Of a stretch of 27,149 nucleotides of DNA, positions 8,272 through 16,441 are shown piece after piece. The position numbers and the translations under genes are program-made. Within the stretch, counting starts at the first letter, position 1; each line of letters begins with the position of its first letter. Under the pieces are notes generated by a model. The model was not told the origin of the DNA and did not search any database. It saw only the letters and a program-made list of their open reading frames with translations. Origin of the DNA: Pseudomonadota bacterium (GTDB taxonomy: Bacteria > Pseudomonadota > Alphaproteobacteria > Rhizobiales > Hyphomicrobiaceae). The stretch is taken from positions 1-27,149 of the forward strand of contig JAKAXS010000001.1 of assembly GCA_021816505.1 (NCBI GenBank), read 5' to 3'.

Positions 8272-8784
8272 TCAAGTCTTAGCGCCGAACGGATGCGATG
8301 CCGAGTTGCGCTGAGCGGTTGCTTCAGCAGCGGTCGGCTTGCCAGCGATGGCGCGAGCCAGAGCTTCCTTCACGGCGCGATAGTTGTAGTCCTGGATCTT
8401 CGCGTCGTCAGCAGCTTCCCAGTGGATGAACACGCCGACGCAAACGTAGACGTCGTCAGCTTCGTTGGCGGGGATCACGCCTTCAGCAACCGAGTCCTGG
8501 ATCGCCTTGGCGACGCCGTACTGTGCCGGGCCGAACATCTGAACGGCCTGACGGGCGTCCTTGATGGTGACCTTGTTGAACATCACGGTGTTGGGCTTGC
8601 AGGCCAGGTTCGGAGCGATCACGGCGAGGAGCGACGTGAAGCCGTCCTTGTTGTTCGTCAAGCTGTTGCAGAATGCGGTTTCTGCAGCGCTGCCGCGCGG
8701 TCCAATGATGAGGTCGATGTGAGCGACTTCGTTGCCGTCGCCGACGAGCGACTCGCCGACCAGTACGCGGTTGATCTTAGCCAT
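8272..8784 (-). CDS. fae: Formaldehyde-activating enzyme
   Basis: [62 protein letters not shown]. Confidence 0.97.
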   Translation of the reverse strand: MAKINRVLVGESLVGDGNEVAHIDLIIGPRGSAAETAFCNSLTNNKDGFTSLLAVIAPNLACKPNTVMFNKVTIKDARQAVQMFGPAQYGVAKAIQDSVAEGVIPANEADDVYVCVGVFIHWEAADDAKIQDYNYRAVKEALARAIAGKPTAAEATAQRNSASHPFGAKT

Positions 8785-8956
8785 TATGGAGATTCCTCCC
8801 AGAGATTTGCTGAAACAGTTGATCGCCGACGCACCCCCGAAGGACCGTCGGGGGTCAGTCGGGTGCCGTCGATTTCTCAGCTACCTTTGTCTGCGAACGA
8901 TGACAAACGTCACCGGACCGGTTGGCCAGATAGCGGCGCCGGGGGCGCCAGGAGTT

Positions 8957-8985
8957 CCCTTACGATAGCCTTGTCTATTCGACAA
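8957..8985 (-). promoter_or_regulatory. Candidate fae promoter
   Basis: On the minus strand, TTGTCG (8985-8980)-N17-TAAGGG (8962-8957). The -10 lacks the -7 T, which is common in alphaproteobacteria. Motif only. Confidence 0.3.
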
Positions 8986-9859
8986 GAGGCGAAACAGCGA
9001 CCGGCTGTCGCCCGCGACGGATTATCGTGTCGGTAAAAAGGGTTGCGACGACGAAGTCGGCGGTCGTACCTGGGTTAATGCGCTCGGATTTGAGGGATGC
9101 ATCAAATGCGAGCAAACGGTCCCGGGCATCGCGGGACGTGAGGGGGAACAAGCGAGGCCGCAAGGCGGCTGCGGCGGCACGGATCTCCTCGGCGCGTTCA
9201 ATGCCGTACTTGCGAGCGATATGGCTGTCCGGAAAAGTGGCAAGCAGCTTCAGATGCAGGTTGGCGATCGCGTCTTCCTCGGTGCGTTCGACGCGCCGCG
9301 CGGCCGCCAGTTCCGGCAGCGCAAAATCGAAGACGTCAGTGAAGTTGCTGACGTAGGCATTGGCGATGCGATCGCGATCCTTCGCGAGGGCCATTGCCTC
9401 CAAAAGCGTGACGTTCGCCGGCTCGGAGACGTCTTCGGTCGCCACCTCGCCAAGGCCGCCGGGATTGGCGTGGGAGATCGCGCGATAGGCATCTTCAGCA
9501 TCCTGCGTGTCGAGCGTGGTCAGCATGAGCGACAGCCGGGTGGAGATGTTGGTCGTTGCCATCGTCGCCTCGGCTGCGGCCGCAATCGGTGCGCACAGCA
9601 GCAGGATTCCGAGATTGGTGTTGCAGCCCGCCGCCGCAAAGCTGGCTTCGACGGCAAGGCGTACCCTGGCGCCGACGCGCAGCGCGGGGTTGGCGATGTG
9701 CGGTGCGGCGGCGTCGGCCGCGCGTTCGAATTGTTCGACATCCATGTCGTGACCGGCGGCATGGATGTGCACGTTACCGGCCTTGATGGCACGTAACTCT
9801 GCCCGGCACGCGCCTACGAACGCATCTTCGATCTGCGATGGCGAGAGGAGGGCGGTCAT
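8975..9859 (-). CDS. orf7: CitG-like triphosphoribosyl-dephospho-CoA synthase family protein (Orf7)
   Basis: KAGNVH, CNTNLGILLLCAP, FPDSHIARKYG, INPGTTADFVVA. ATGA overlap with orf5. Confidence 0.88.
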   Translation of the reverse strand: MTALLSPSQIEDAFVGACRAELRAIKAGNVHIHAAGHDMDVEQFERAADAAAPHIANPALRVGARVRLAVEASFAAAGCNTNLGILLLCAPIAAAAEATMATTNISTRLSLMLTTLDTQDAEDAYRAISHANPGGLGEVATEDVSEPANVTLLEAMALAKDRDRIANAYVSNFTDVFDFALPELAAARRVERTEEDAIANLHLKLLATFPDSHIARKYGIERAEEIRAAAAALRPRLFPLTSRDARDRLLAFDASLKSERINPGTTADFVVATLFTDTIIRRGRQPVAVSPLVE

Positions 9860-10761
9860 CGGCGCGGCATCGAGCGGAGCGCGATGAGGAAGTCGTCTGC
9901 CAAGGTCGCGGCGATGTCAGCGTCGGTCACGCTTTGCAGACCTTTCCAGGCGGGGTTCGAGTTGATCTCTAGCACCAATAGTTCGCCGTCCGGTCCACGG
10001 ATCAGGTCGACGCCGGCATAGTCGGCACCGACCGTTTTCGTTGCGGCCAGCGCGAGCCGCTGCATCTCGTAACACGGGAGGTGGGCAACCGGTTCGGCCC
10101 CCTGGTGCACATTGGTGATCCACGATGAGGATCGGCGCACCATCGCCGACAAAATGCGGCCGCAGGAGATGAAAACGCGCCAGTCCTCGAATTCGGTGGC
10201 ATCGGCGGCGCGCAGGTAGGGCTGCATGTAGTAGACGTTGCCTATTGCCTCGGGGGCGGGCAGGTCCGCCGCTGTGTCGGCCTTCATGATGCCGTTTCCC
10301 TGGCTGCCGAACAACGGCTTGACGACGATGGGTCGCCCCGCTGTGTCGCAATATGCGATGGCACCGGGTTGACCTTCGACGGCGCGGGTCTCCGGCGTCG
10401 GCAGGCCGGCGCGGCGGAAAAGGAAGGTCGCGGTCGATTTGTCTACGCAGCGCTCGATGGCGCGGGCGTCGTTCCACACGCGCACGCCGCTGATGCGCAG
10501 TGCATGCAGGATCCCGAGCCGGAACGTGATCTGCTCCAGGCCGCCTGCTGAGATGGAGCGGACGAAGGCCCCGTCCGGCAGTTGGCCGTCGAAACCGGGA
10601 ATGTCGAGCCCGCTTGGCGTCGTGGTGTCGAATGCGCAGCGCGTCAGGGTGGTCACCACGACTTCGGCGCCGCGGTTCTCCATCGCGTTCGCGAGGCGGC
10701 GGGCGTGCCAGTCGCCGCCTTCCTCCTCAACGAACAAAACAATGCGAAACGGGGCGGTCAT
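9856..10761 (-). CDS. orf5: RimK-family ATP-grasp glutamate ligase (Orf5/MyfB-like)
   Basis: IERCVDKS, VVKPLFGSQGNG, YYMQPYL, WITNVHQG, YAGVDLI, VLEINSNPAW. Immediately downstream of mch. Confidence 0.88.
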   Translation of the reverse strand: MTAPFRIVLFVEEEGGDWHARRLANAMENRGAEVVVTTLTRCAFDTTTPSGLDIPGFDGQLPDGAFVRSISAGGLEQITFRLGILHALRISGVRVWNDARAIERCVDKSTATFLFRRAGLPTPETRAVEGQPGAIAYCDTAGRPIVVKPLFGSQGNGIMKADTAADLPAPEAIGNVYYMQPYLRAADATEFEDWRVFISCGRILSAMVRRSSSWITNVHQGAEPVAHLPCYEMQRLALAATKTVGADYAGVDLIRGPDGELLVLEINSNPAWKGLQSVTDADIAATLADDFLIALRSMPRR

Positions 10762-10775
10762 GTGGTGCTCCCGCG

Positions 10776-10802
10776 CCCTCTCACCGCAGAACGGGGAGAG
10801 AG
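10776..10802. repeat. Degenerate single palindrome of the intergenic repeat family
   Basis: CCCTCTCACCG-cagaa-CGGGGAGAGAG resembles the CCCTCTCCCCG..CGGGGAGAGGG arms at 22259 and 24230. Confidence 0.55.
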
Positions 10803-10808
10803 AAGGTG

Positions 10809-11774
10809 TCAGGCGAAGCTGGCTTCGACGATTTCAGGCGCGAGCTTGCCGGCGTGGAACGAGCGGCCCGTGTCGAGGTTCGACACCGTGACGAGCGCCG
10901 GCGAAAACAGCATCGCGTCGATCTTGTAGAAGTCGCCGTTCACCTCGGAGAAGATCTCCGCGAACGGCTTGCCGTAGGAGCTCGATGAGGACGACGGCAG
11001 ATTGTCGGCGAGCTTCTTGGCGTCGTCGTCGGAGCCGCGCACGAACAGCTGGATGCGCCCGCCGTAGATGATGGCGTCATTCGTGCGACCCATGGCCTGC
11101 ACGAAATCGGGGATCGGCGGTGCAAGCGGGGCGACGCCGTAGCCGTCGACGATGTTTTCCAGATTGAAGTGCAGCGCATGCGCCTTGTGCAGCGACACTT
11201 CGAGCACGCGCGCGGCGATCTGCACCGTGCCGGCCAGGCTGCCGGTCGGCGCGTAGAGGATCGACAGATCGCTGGGGTCGACGTTGCAGGCGGTCGCGAC
11301 CTTCTTGGCGACGGACGACGGCGGTGCCTTGTCGCCTTCGATGACGAGCGCGGTCTTCTTGTGGCTGTCGACATAGCCCAACTCGCCGTACAGCTCCTCG
11401 ACGCGCGAGAGCGCGCGTGCCGGGCCGGAGCCGAGCGCGAAGAAACCGCTCTCCTCTTCGGTGATGGTCCAGCCGGCGTATTGGCTGCCGAGGCAGGCGA
11501 TGACGGGATTGGTGGAGTGGACGACCACGCCGAGCGGCCAGCGCTCCAGGCCCGAGGCGCTGGTGATCGACACGGTGCCGAGGCCGCCCATGCAGACCTC
11601 GCCGAGGCGGCGGCCCGCTTCCAGGCCGCCGGGCACGTTGGCGCCGAGGTCGATCAAGCGCTCGCCGGCTTCTCCGGTGGAAACGGCGCAGCGGAGAGCG
11701 GCCGCATCGTTGACGATGCTTTCGACGATCCGCGCGGAGTAGGCCGAGACACTCGGGCTTGCGTTCTGTTTCAT
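10809..11774 (-). CDS. mch: Methenyl-H4MPT cyclohydrolase
   Basis: [63 protein letters not shown]. Start set at ATG 11774, which overlaps the orfY stop (ATGA). Confidence 0.96.
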   Translation of the reverse strand: MKQNASPSVSAYSARIVESIVNDAAALRCAVSTGEAGERLIDLGANVPGGLEAGRRLGEVCMGGLGTVSITSASGLERWPLGVVVHSTNPVIACLGSQYAGWTITEEESGFFALGSGPARALSRVEELYGELGYVDSHKKTALVIEGDKAPPSSVAKKVATACNVDPSDLSILYAPTGSLAGTVQIAARVLEVSLHKAHALHFNLENIVDGYGVAPLAPPIPDFVQAMGRTNDAIIYGGRIQLFVRGSDDDAKKLADNLPSSSSSSYGKPFAEIFSEVNGDFYKIDAMLFSPALVTVSNLDTGRSFHAGKLAPEIVEASFA

Positions 11775-12922
11775 GACGGGTGTCCTCCAATTTTTGGGCT
11801 TTGATACAGCATCTGTTCGAGCGCGGCGAGGCGCTCCTGGCAGAGGGCTGCGGCGATTTCGGGCGTGGCGCCTTCGGCAAACGCGGTCGCCAGCGGGTCG
11901 TGTTCGGCGATGACGGTGCCGGGAGCCGGCCGGTCGCTCGACCACTCCGGCCAGGCGATGTCGGGGACGGTCAACGTGCCGCGATCCGCATAGAGATAAG
12001 CCGCGGCGAGCGTCGATGGCGCCCAGCCGGACTGAAGCACTTCGACCGGGTCGTCGCCCTGGACGGCGGCCATGTGCGCTTTGAACAGTGTGCCTTGCGC
12101 GTCATCGAGCACGTCGAGCGATGCGCCTGGGCGCGGGTTGACATCGACCAGTAACGGCTCGCCGCCCGGGTCCACGAGAAAATCGAACGAGACCAGGCCG
12201 ACGAGTTTCAGCGCCTCGCACAGCGCCAGCATGGTGTCGACCAGGCGCGCTTCGAGTTCGGCGTCGATCTCGATGTTGCCGACGGCGCCGCCGTAGCGGT
12301 AGGGGCGGCGCGGCGCGGCGTTCACCCACTGGCGCGTGAAGGCAAACGCAACGCCCTTGGGCGACGTGATGGCAAGCGCCGAGATGGCATCGCCGGGGGC
12401 CGCGCGCTGGAAATAGCGGTGCGGCATTGCCGTCGGATGGGGCTTGCAGCGGACGATGTGCGTGCCGCCGCTTCCGCCTTCGAGCTTCGACAGCCAGCCT
12501 TGGCCTTGTGCCGGCGGCGTCAAAGACGTTTCGGGATGCGGGATGCCGAGGTGGGAGAGCAGGCCGAAGAGGTCTTTCGGCGTGCTGCAGTGGCGGACCA
12601 CCGGGGCCGGACAGCCGAGCACGGGATACGTCTCCGCGAGCTTTTCGATGCAGTGAGGCTGATCCTCGAAGCCGGCACCGAGCACGATGCCGATCGGCGC
12701 GGTAGCGCTCCGGGTCGCGAGTTCGGCGCAGGCGTCGAGCAAGGGCGCAATCCGGAAGCCGTGATGCAGCGCGTCGGGCAAGCAACGGACATCGGTGGCG
12801 ATCGCGCGTGTGTCGCTGTCGCCGCACGCATCGACGACGAGCGGGGCATAACCAGCACGACGGGCGGACGCTGCCAGCGCCCGCCCGGAATAAGCGGCAA
12901 TCAGGACGGTGCCGGCCGTCAA
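11771..12922 (-). CDS. orfY: ATP-grasp protein OrfY (MyfA-like, methylofuran glutamate ligase)
   Basis: [57 protein letters not shown]. Lies between mtdB and mch. Confidence 0.85.
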   Translation of the reverse strand: MTAGTVLIAAYSGRALAASARRAGYAPLVVDACGDSDTRAIATDVRCLPDALHHGFRIAPLLDACAELATRSATAPIGIVLGAGFEDQPHCIEKLAETYPVLGCPAPVVRHCSTPKDLFGLLSHLGIPHPETSLTPPAQGQGWLSKLEGGSGGTHIVRCKPHPTAMPHRYFQRAAPGDAISALAITSPKGVAFAFTRQWVNAAPRRPYRYGGAVGNIEIDAELEARLVDTMLALCEALKLVGLVSFDFLVDPGGEPLLVDVNPRPGASLDVLDDAQGTLFKAHMAAVQGDDPVEVLQSGWAPSTLAAAYLYADRGTLTVPDIAWPEWSSDRPAPGTVIAEHDPLATAFAEGATPEIAAALCQERLAALEQMLYQSPKIGGHPS

Positions 12923-13818
12923 GCCGTGAGCTGCCGCGCCAGCGTGAAGGCGTGACGGAAGTCGAGGGCCAGCGGCTCCTTCGACGACAGCATCTGCTTG
13001 AAGAGGCCGGACTCGGTCTTGTACTTGATGTCGCCGATGGCGAGCGGGCCGATCCCCAGCACGTTGCTGTTGGGCAGCTTGTCGCCGTCCATGAACAGTT
13101 CCATGCCGTCGACGCCCGGAGGCGGCACGGCATTCACGTCCGCGACGACGAGCAGGTTCTTGGCGCCTGCCATGTGTTCCGTCGAGACGACGCGCACGCC
13201 GGCTGCGGCGGCGGCGAAGATGACCTCGGCATTGGCGATGATGTCGCGCTTCTGCTCTTCGGTCTCACCGGCGACGGCCTTGAGGTCGACGCCAAAGCGC
13301 TCTTTCGAAACTGCGGCCGACTTGACGACACGGTCCACGCCGCGATGTGCGACGAGCGTCACGTCCGCACCTTCCAGCGCGGAGATGATGGACGACGCGA
13401 AGCCGACGACGCCGGTGGCGCCGAACACGGCGACTTTCGTGCCCTTCCAGTCGCGATTGAATTTCTGCTTCAGCTGACGCTCGACGCAGGCAACCATGGC
13501 GGCGGCAGTGGTGAACGAGCCGGCAGGGTCGGCGAAGACCGAGCACTGGAACGGCGGCACCATGGCTTTCGCGGCGGCGTCCATCATGTCGAGTGCGAGG
13601 ATGGCGTCCTTGCCGCCCATGAAGAAACCGGTGCGAACGCCGTAGTCGGGCGGACGCGAGAAGATTGCATCCTGGACCAGGGGGCCGACTTCTTCGAGCG
13701 CCACGTTGATGTAGGGAACGATGACTTTGTAGCCTGCGTCCGCCGCCATGTTCACGTCGAACGGGCTCATATGCTTTTGCGGAGCCAGCATATGCAGAAT
13801 TGGCGTCGCTTCGCTCAT
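12919..13818 (-). CDS. mtdB: NAD(P)-dependent methylene-H4MPT dehydrogenase
   Basis: ILHMLAPQKHMSPFDVNMAADAGY, DAIFSRPP, ADPAGSFTTAAA, VFGATGVVG, DVNAVPP. Confidence 0.93.
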   Translation of the reverse strand: MSEATPILHMLAPQKHMSPFDVNMAADAGYKVIVPYINVALEEVGPLVQDAIFSRPPDYGVRTGFFMGGKDAILALDMMDAAAKAMVPPFQCSVFADPAGSFTTAAAMVACVERQLKQKFNRDWKGTKVAVFGATGVVGFASSIISALEGADVTLVAHRGVDRVVKSAAVSKERFGVDLKAVAGETEEQKRDIIANAEVIFAAAAAGVRVVSTEHMAGAKNLLVVADVNAVPPPGVDGMELFMDGDKLPNSNVLGIGPLAIGDIKYKTESGLFKQMLSSKEPLALDFRHAFTLARQLTA

Positions 13819-13842
13819 CGTGGTCGGTCCCTTTAGGTTGGT

Positions 13843-13865
13843 GCTGCTCGACGCAGCTTTTTGTT
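13843..13865 (+). terminator. Short hairpin plus U-tract facing antisense to the operon
   Basis: GCTGC-TCGAC-GCAGC-TTTTTGTT on the + strand between mptG and mtdB. The stem is only 5 bp. Confidence 0.3.
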
Positions 13866-13867
13866 GG

Positions 13868-14836
13868 TTAGGCGTCGGTAAAAATTTGTGCGCCGGAGTT
13901 ACGTCCGCGCACGACCAATATGTCCAGGCCCAACCCCTTAGCCTCTTCGCCTAAAGTATGAAAGAGCTTGTTCGCCGCATCCTCGCTGTCGACGAACGCG
14001 AAGCCCGTGGGGCCCCAGGAGCTTTGGCCCAATCCGGTAGCGCCCATCGTGCCCATGCGCTTGATCAGACGACCGACGTTCGGGCTGCTCCAGACACCTC
14101 CCTGGGCCCCGGCGAAGTGGCTGCCGATAACCTGTTGAATCTCGGTCAATGCCTTGCCGAAAAGCGGGAGGTCGCGCTCCGCCAGCCCGGGCAGCAAAAG
14201 CAACATCGTCAGATGACAGAGGTGTGCGGCGGTCGCGAGCGGGAAGACGCGCAGTCCTGCGAATGCCTTGGTCTCGCGCTCGCCATGGACGCCGACCGAC
14301 GTGCGGTCGATGACGAGCAGTGCACGCCATTCTTCGGGAAACGGCGTGTGCGCGATGACCGGCGGTGCGCGATCAGCGTCGCTGCGACCGCCATCGATGA
14401 TGAAGCCGCCGCCGGTGAACGACGTCATGCCGATCGCGGATCGCGCGCCGCGATCGACCAGTTCGCCCAGCGTGCGCGGACTTTCGTCGATCCGGGCCAA
14501 CCGCATCATGCCCGCGCCGATGGCCAGCGCGAGCTGAGTTCCCGAACCAAGCCCTGCGTGCGCGGGTATCGCCTGGCGGACGTCGACCGCCAGTTTGTCG
14601 TCGATCCCGAAGTGCGCCGCAAAACGGCTCACCAGCGTTTCTACGCGCGCCTTCTCGAGCCCGGTGGCCGTGAGGCGGTCCGCGCGCCGGATCGTCAGTT
14701 CCGTGACGGGTTGGTCGACGCTGAGGCCGATGCTGCCGAACTTGCGGCCGAGGCCGCCGTTAAGGTCTAGGAAACCCAAATGCAGGCGCGCAGGGGCGAT
14801 AACGCGGATGGCCGGTTTCGTCTCGAGTGTCGACAT
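13868..14836 (-). CDS. mptG: Beta-ribofuranosylaminobenzene 5'-phosphate synthase (Orf4)
   Basis: APARLHLGFLDL, GHMP motif IPAHAGLGSGTQLALA, GGFIIDGG, GQSSWGPTGF. Start reassigned to the ATG at 14836. Confidence 0.92.
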   Translation of the reverse strand: MSTLETKPAIRVIAPARLHLGFLDLNGGLGRKFGSIGLSVDQPVTELTIRRADRLTATGLEKARVETLVSRFAAHFGIDDKLAVDVRQAIPAHAGLGSGTQLALAIGAGMMRLARIDESPRTLGELVDRGARSAIGMTSFTGGGFIIDGGRSDADRAPPVIAHTPFPEEWRALLVIDRTSVGVHGERETKAFAGLRVFPLATAAHLCHLTMLLLLPGLAERDLPLFGKALTEIQQVIGSHFAGAQGGVWSSPNVGRLIKRMGTMGATGLGQSSWGPTGFAFVDSEDAANKLFHTLGEEAKGLGLDILVVRGRNSGAQIFTDA

Positions 14837-14946
14837 AAGTCTCAGGCTTTCCTTCGTGCGGCCGGTCCGGCATATGTGATGACATGCGCCGGAGAGCTGC
14901 GCTCGGGCAAGGCCCATAATGTCCACGAACGCCAGGAGAGAGCAAT

Positions 14947-15324
14947 ATGAGCACCCCCCGAGAACAACCGATGACGCCGGAAGACGTCGAAAGCTGGCTC
15001 AAGGCCAACCTGCCGAACTGGAAGCTTGAGGACGGCTGGATTCGCCGTACCTACAAGACGGCAAGCTGGAAGGGGACGCTGATGGTGATCAACACCGTCG
15101 GTCATCTGGCTGAAGCGGCCTGGCACCACCCCGACATCACCGCGTCCTATGCCTGGGTCGAGGTACGGCTGATGACGCATTCGGCGAAGGGCATCACGGG
15201 CAAGGATCTGGCACTCGCCAAGAAGATCGAAGATGTGGTGCACTGGCAGCCGGGCAAGGAAGACAACGCGCTGGAGGGCACGCCGGAGTCCGACATGCGG
15301 TTTGCGTACGTCAAATACGATTGA
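14947..15324 (+). CDS. Pterin-4-alpha-carbinolamine dehydratase-like protein
   Basis: EAAWHHPD fits the PCD catalytic motif. Also LMTHSAKGITGKDLALAKKIE; AGGAG SD. Confidence 0.85.
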   Translation: MSTPREQPMTPEDVESWLKANLPNWKLEDGWIRRTYKTASWKGTLMVINTVGHLAEAAWHHPDITASYAWVEVRLMTHSAKGITGKDLALAKKIEDVVHWQPGKEDNALEGTPESDMRFAYVKYD

Positions 15325-15336
15325 TCGGATCGCAGC

Positions 15337-15843
15337 ATGGCCCCGTCGGGTGCCGACAGTTTCGACGCCGTCATCTCCCTTGGCTCCAACATCGGCGACA
15401 AGGCGGGGAACATCGCGCATGCGATCGAGATCCTGACGAGCGACGGTGCCGTCGAACTCGCCGCGCGATCCAGCGACTATCGCACGCCGCCGTGGGGCAA
15501 CACGGAGCAGGACTGGTTCGTGAATACGTGCATCACAGTGCGTACGGAGCTGTCGGGGCGCGAGCTGCTGGAACGCTGCCAGGCTGTCGAGGCGGAGTTG
15601 AAACGTGTGCGCGAGGTGCGCTGGGGTCCGCGCATCATCGATCTCGACGTTATCTGGTTTCGGGATCAGGCGATTGCAGAGCCCGATCTCGTGGTGCCGC
15701 ATCCGCGTACGCTGGAGCGTGCTTTCGTTCTGGTGCCGCTGGCGGAGATCGCGCCCGATCTGGTGATCGCCGGCCGTAGTGTGTCGTGGCACCTGTCGCG
15801 CATCGAACGATCCGGTGTCGAGCCGTTCGGTGACGAACACTGA
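15337..15843 (+). CDS. folK: 6-hydroxymethyl-7,8-dihydropterin pyrophosphokinase
   Basis: ISLGSNIGD, QDWFVN, RWGPRIIDLDVI, LVVPHPRTLERAFVLVPLAEI. Confidence 0.94.
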   Translation: MAPSGADSFDAVISLGSNIGDKAGNIAHAIEILTSDGAVELAARSSDYRTPPWGNTEQDWFVNTCITVRTELSGRELLERCQAVEAELKRVREVRWGPRIIDLDVIWFRDQAIAEPDLVVPHPRTLERAFVLVPLAEIAPDLVIAGRSVSWHLSRIERSGVEPFGDEH

Positions 15844-15884
15844 AAGAAAAAGGCCAGGTACCCGACGTACCTGGCCAACTTTTC
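15843..15884. terminator. Bidirectional intrinsic terminator between folK and the cytochrome c gene
   Basis: 10-bp stem GGCCAGGTAC(15852-15861)/GTACCTGGCC(15867-15876), with an A-tract on the left and CTTTT on the right. Confidence 0.8.
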
Positions 15885-15906
15885 ATCTGCTTGAAACCAA
15901 CGCGTA

Positions 15907-16281
15907 CTAGCCGCCGGTGGCCTTCAGATAAGCGATGAGGTCTTTGCGCTTCGTCTCGTCCTTGACACCAGGGAAGTTCATCAACGTTCCGGGCACGAGC
16001 TTCTTCGCCCAATCGGAGAGATACTTGTCTAGCGTGGCTTCGTCCCACGTCAGACCGCTGTCCTTCATCGGCTGCGAATACTTGTATTCCGGATGATGCA
16101 CGCCGGCTTTGATGCCCACGATGCCCTTCAATCCGGGGCCAACTTTGCCGCCGCCTTCGCCTGCGTCATGGCAAGCCTTGCAGGAGGTGTTGAACACCGC
16201 CTTGCCCTTTTCTGCATCTTGGGCAGATGCGACGGCTGGAAGAACCAGCGCAGCGCCAACTGCCAGTGCCCACTTCAACAT
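15907..16281 (-). CDS. Periplasmic class I cytochrome c (c2/c550-like)
   Basis: Signal peptide MLKWALAVGAALVLPAVASA, heme motif CKACH, GPGL, PGTLMNFPG. GGGAGG SD 7 nt before the ATG at 16281. Confidence 0.92.
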   Translation of the reverse strand: MLKWALAVGAALVLPAVASAQDAEKGKAVFNTSCKACHDAGEGGGKVGPGLKGIVGIKAGVHHPEYKYSQPMKDSGLTWDEATLDKYLSDWAKKLVPGTLMNFPGVKDETKRKDLIAYLKATGG

Positions 16282-16441
16282 GGTTTTACCTCCCGAGGTA
16301 CTTCGTCGAACGACGACGAAGCATAGCAGCGATGCCATGCGTGCGCATCTTGGGTTTTTCCGTCTGAACGTGGCGTGAATTGACGCACCGGCTCATTGTG
16401 CGTCGCAGCGCACGAGAAAAGCAGATTGGTGCGCTTGGCTT

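Noticed and set aside
8140-9036. 298-aa + strand ORF spanning fae
   Set aside because: Antisense shadow of fae with no recognisable motifs. The nearby AGGAGGT is followed by ATC, not a standard start codon.
11775-11945. N-terminal extension of mch in the ORF track (similar extensions for orf9, mptG, cytochrome c, pqqD and pqqB)
   Set aside because: The extensions run into neighbouring genes or lack an SD. The downstream ATGs match the family N-termini and give start/stop overlaps or good SDs.
12808-13836. 342-aa + strand ORF
   Set aside because: Antisense shadow of mtdB.
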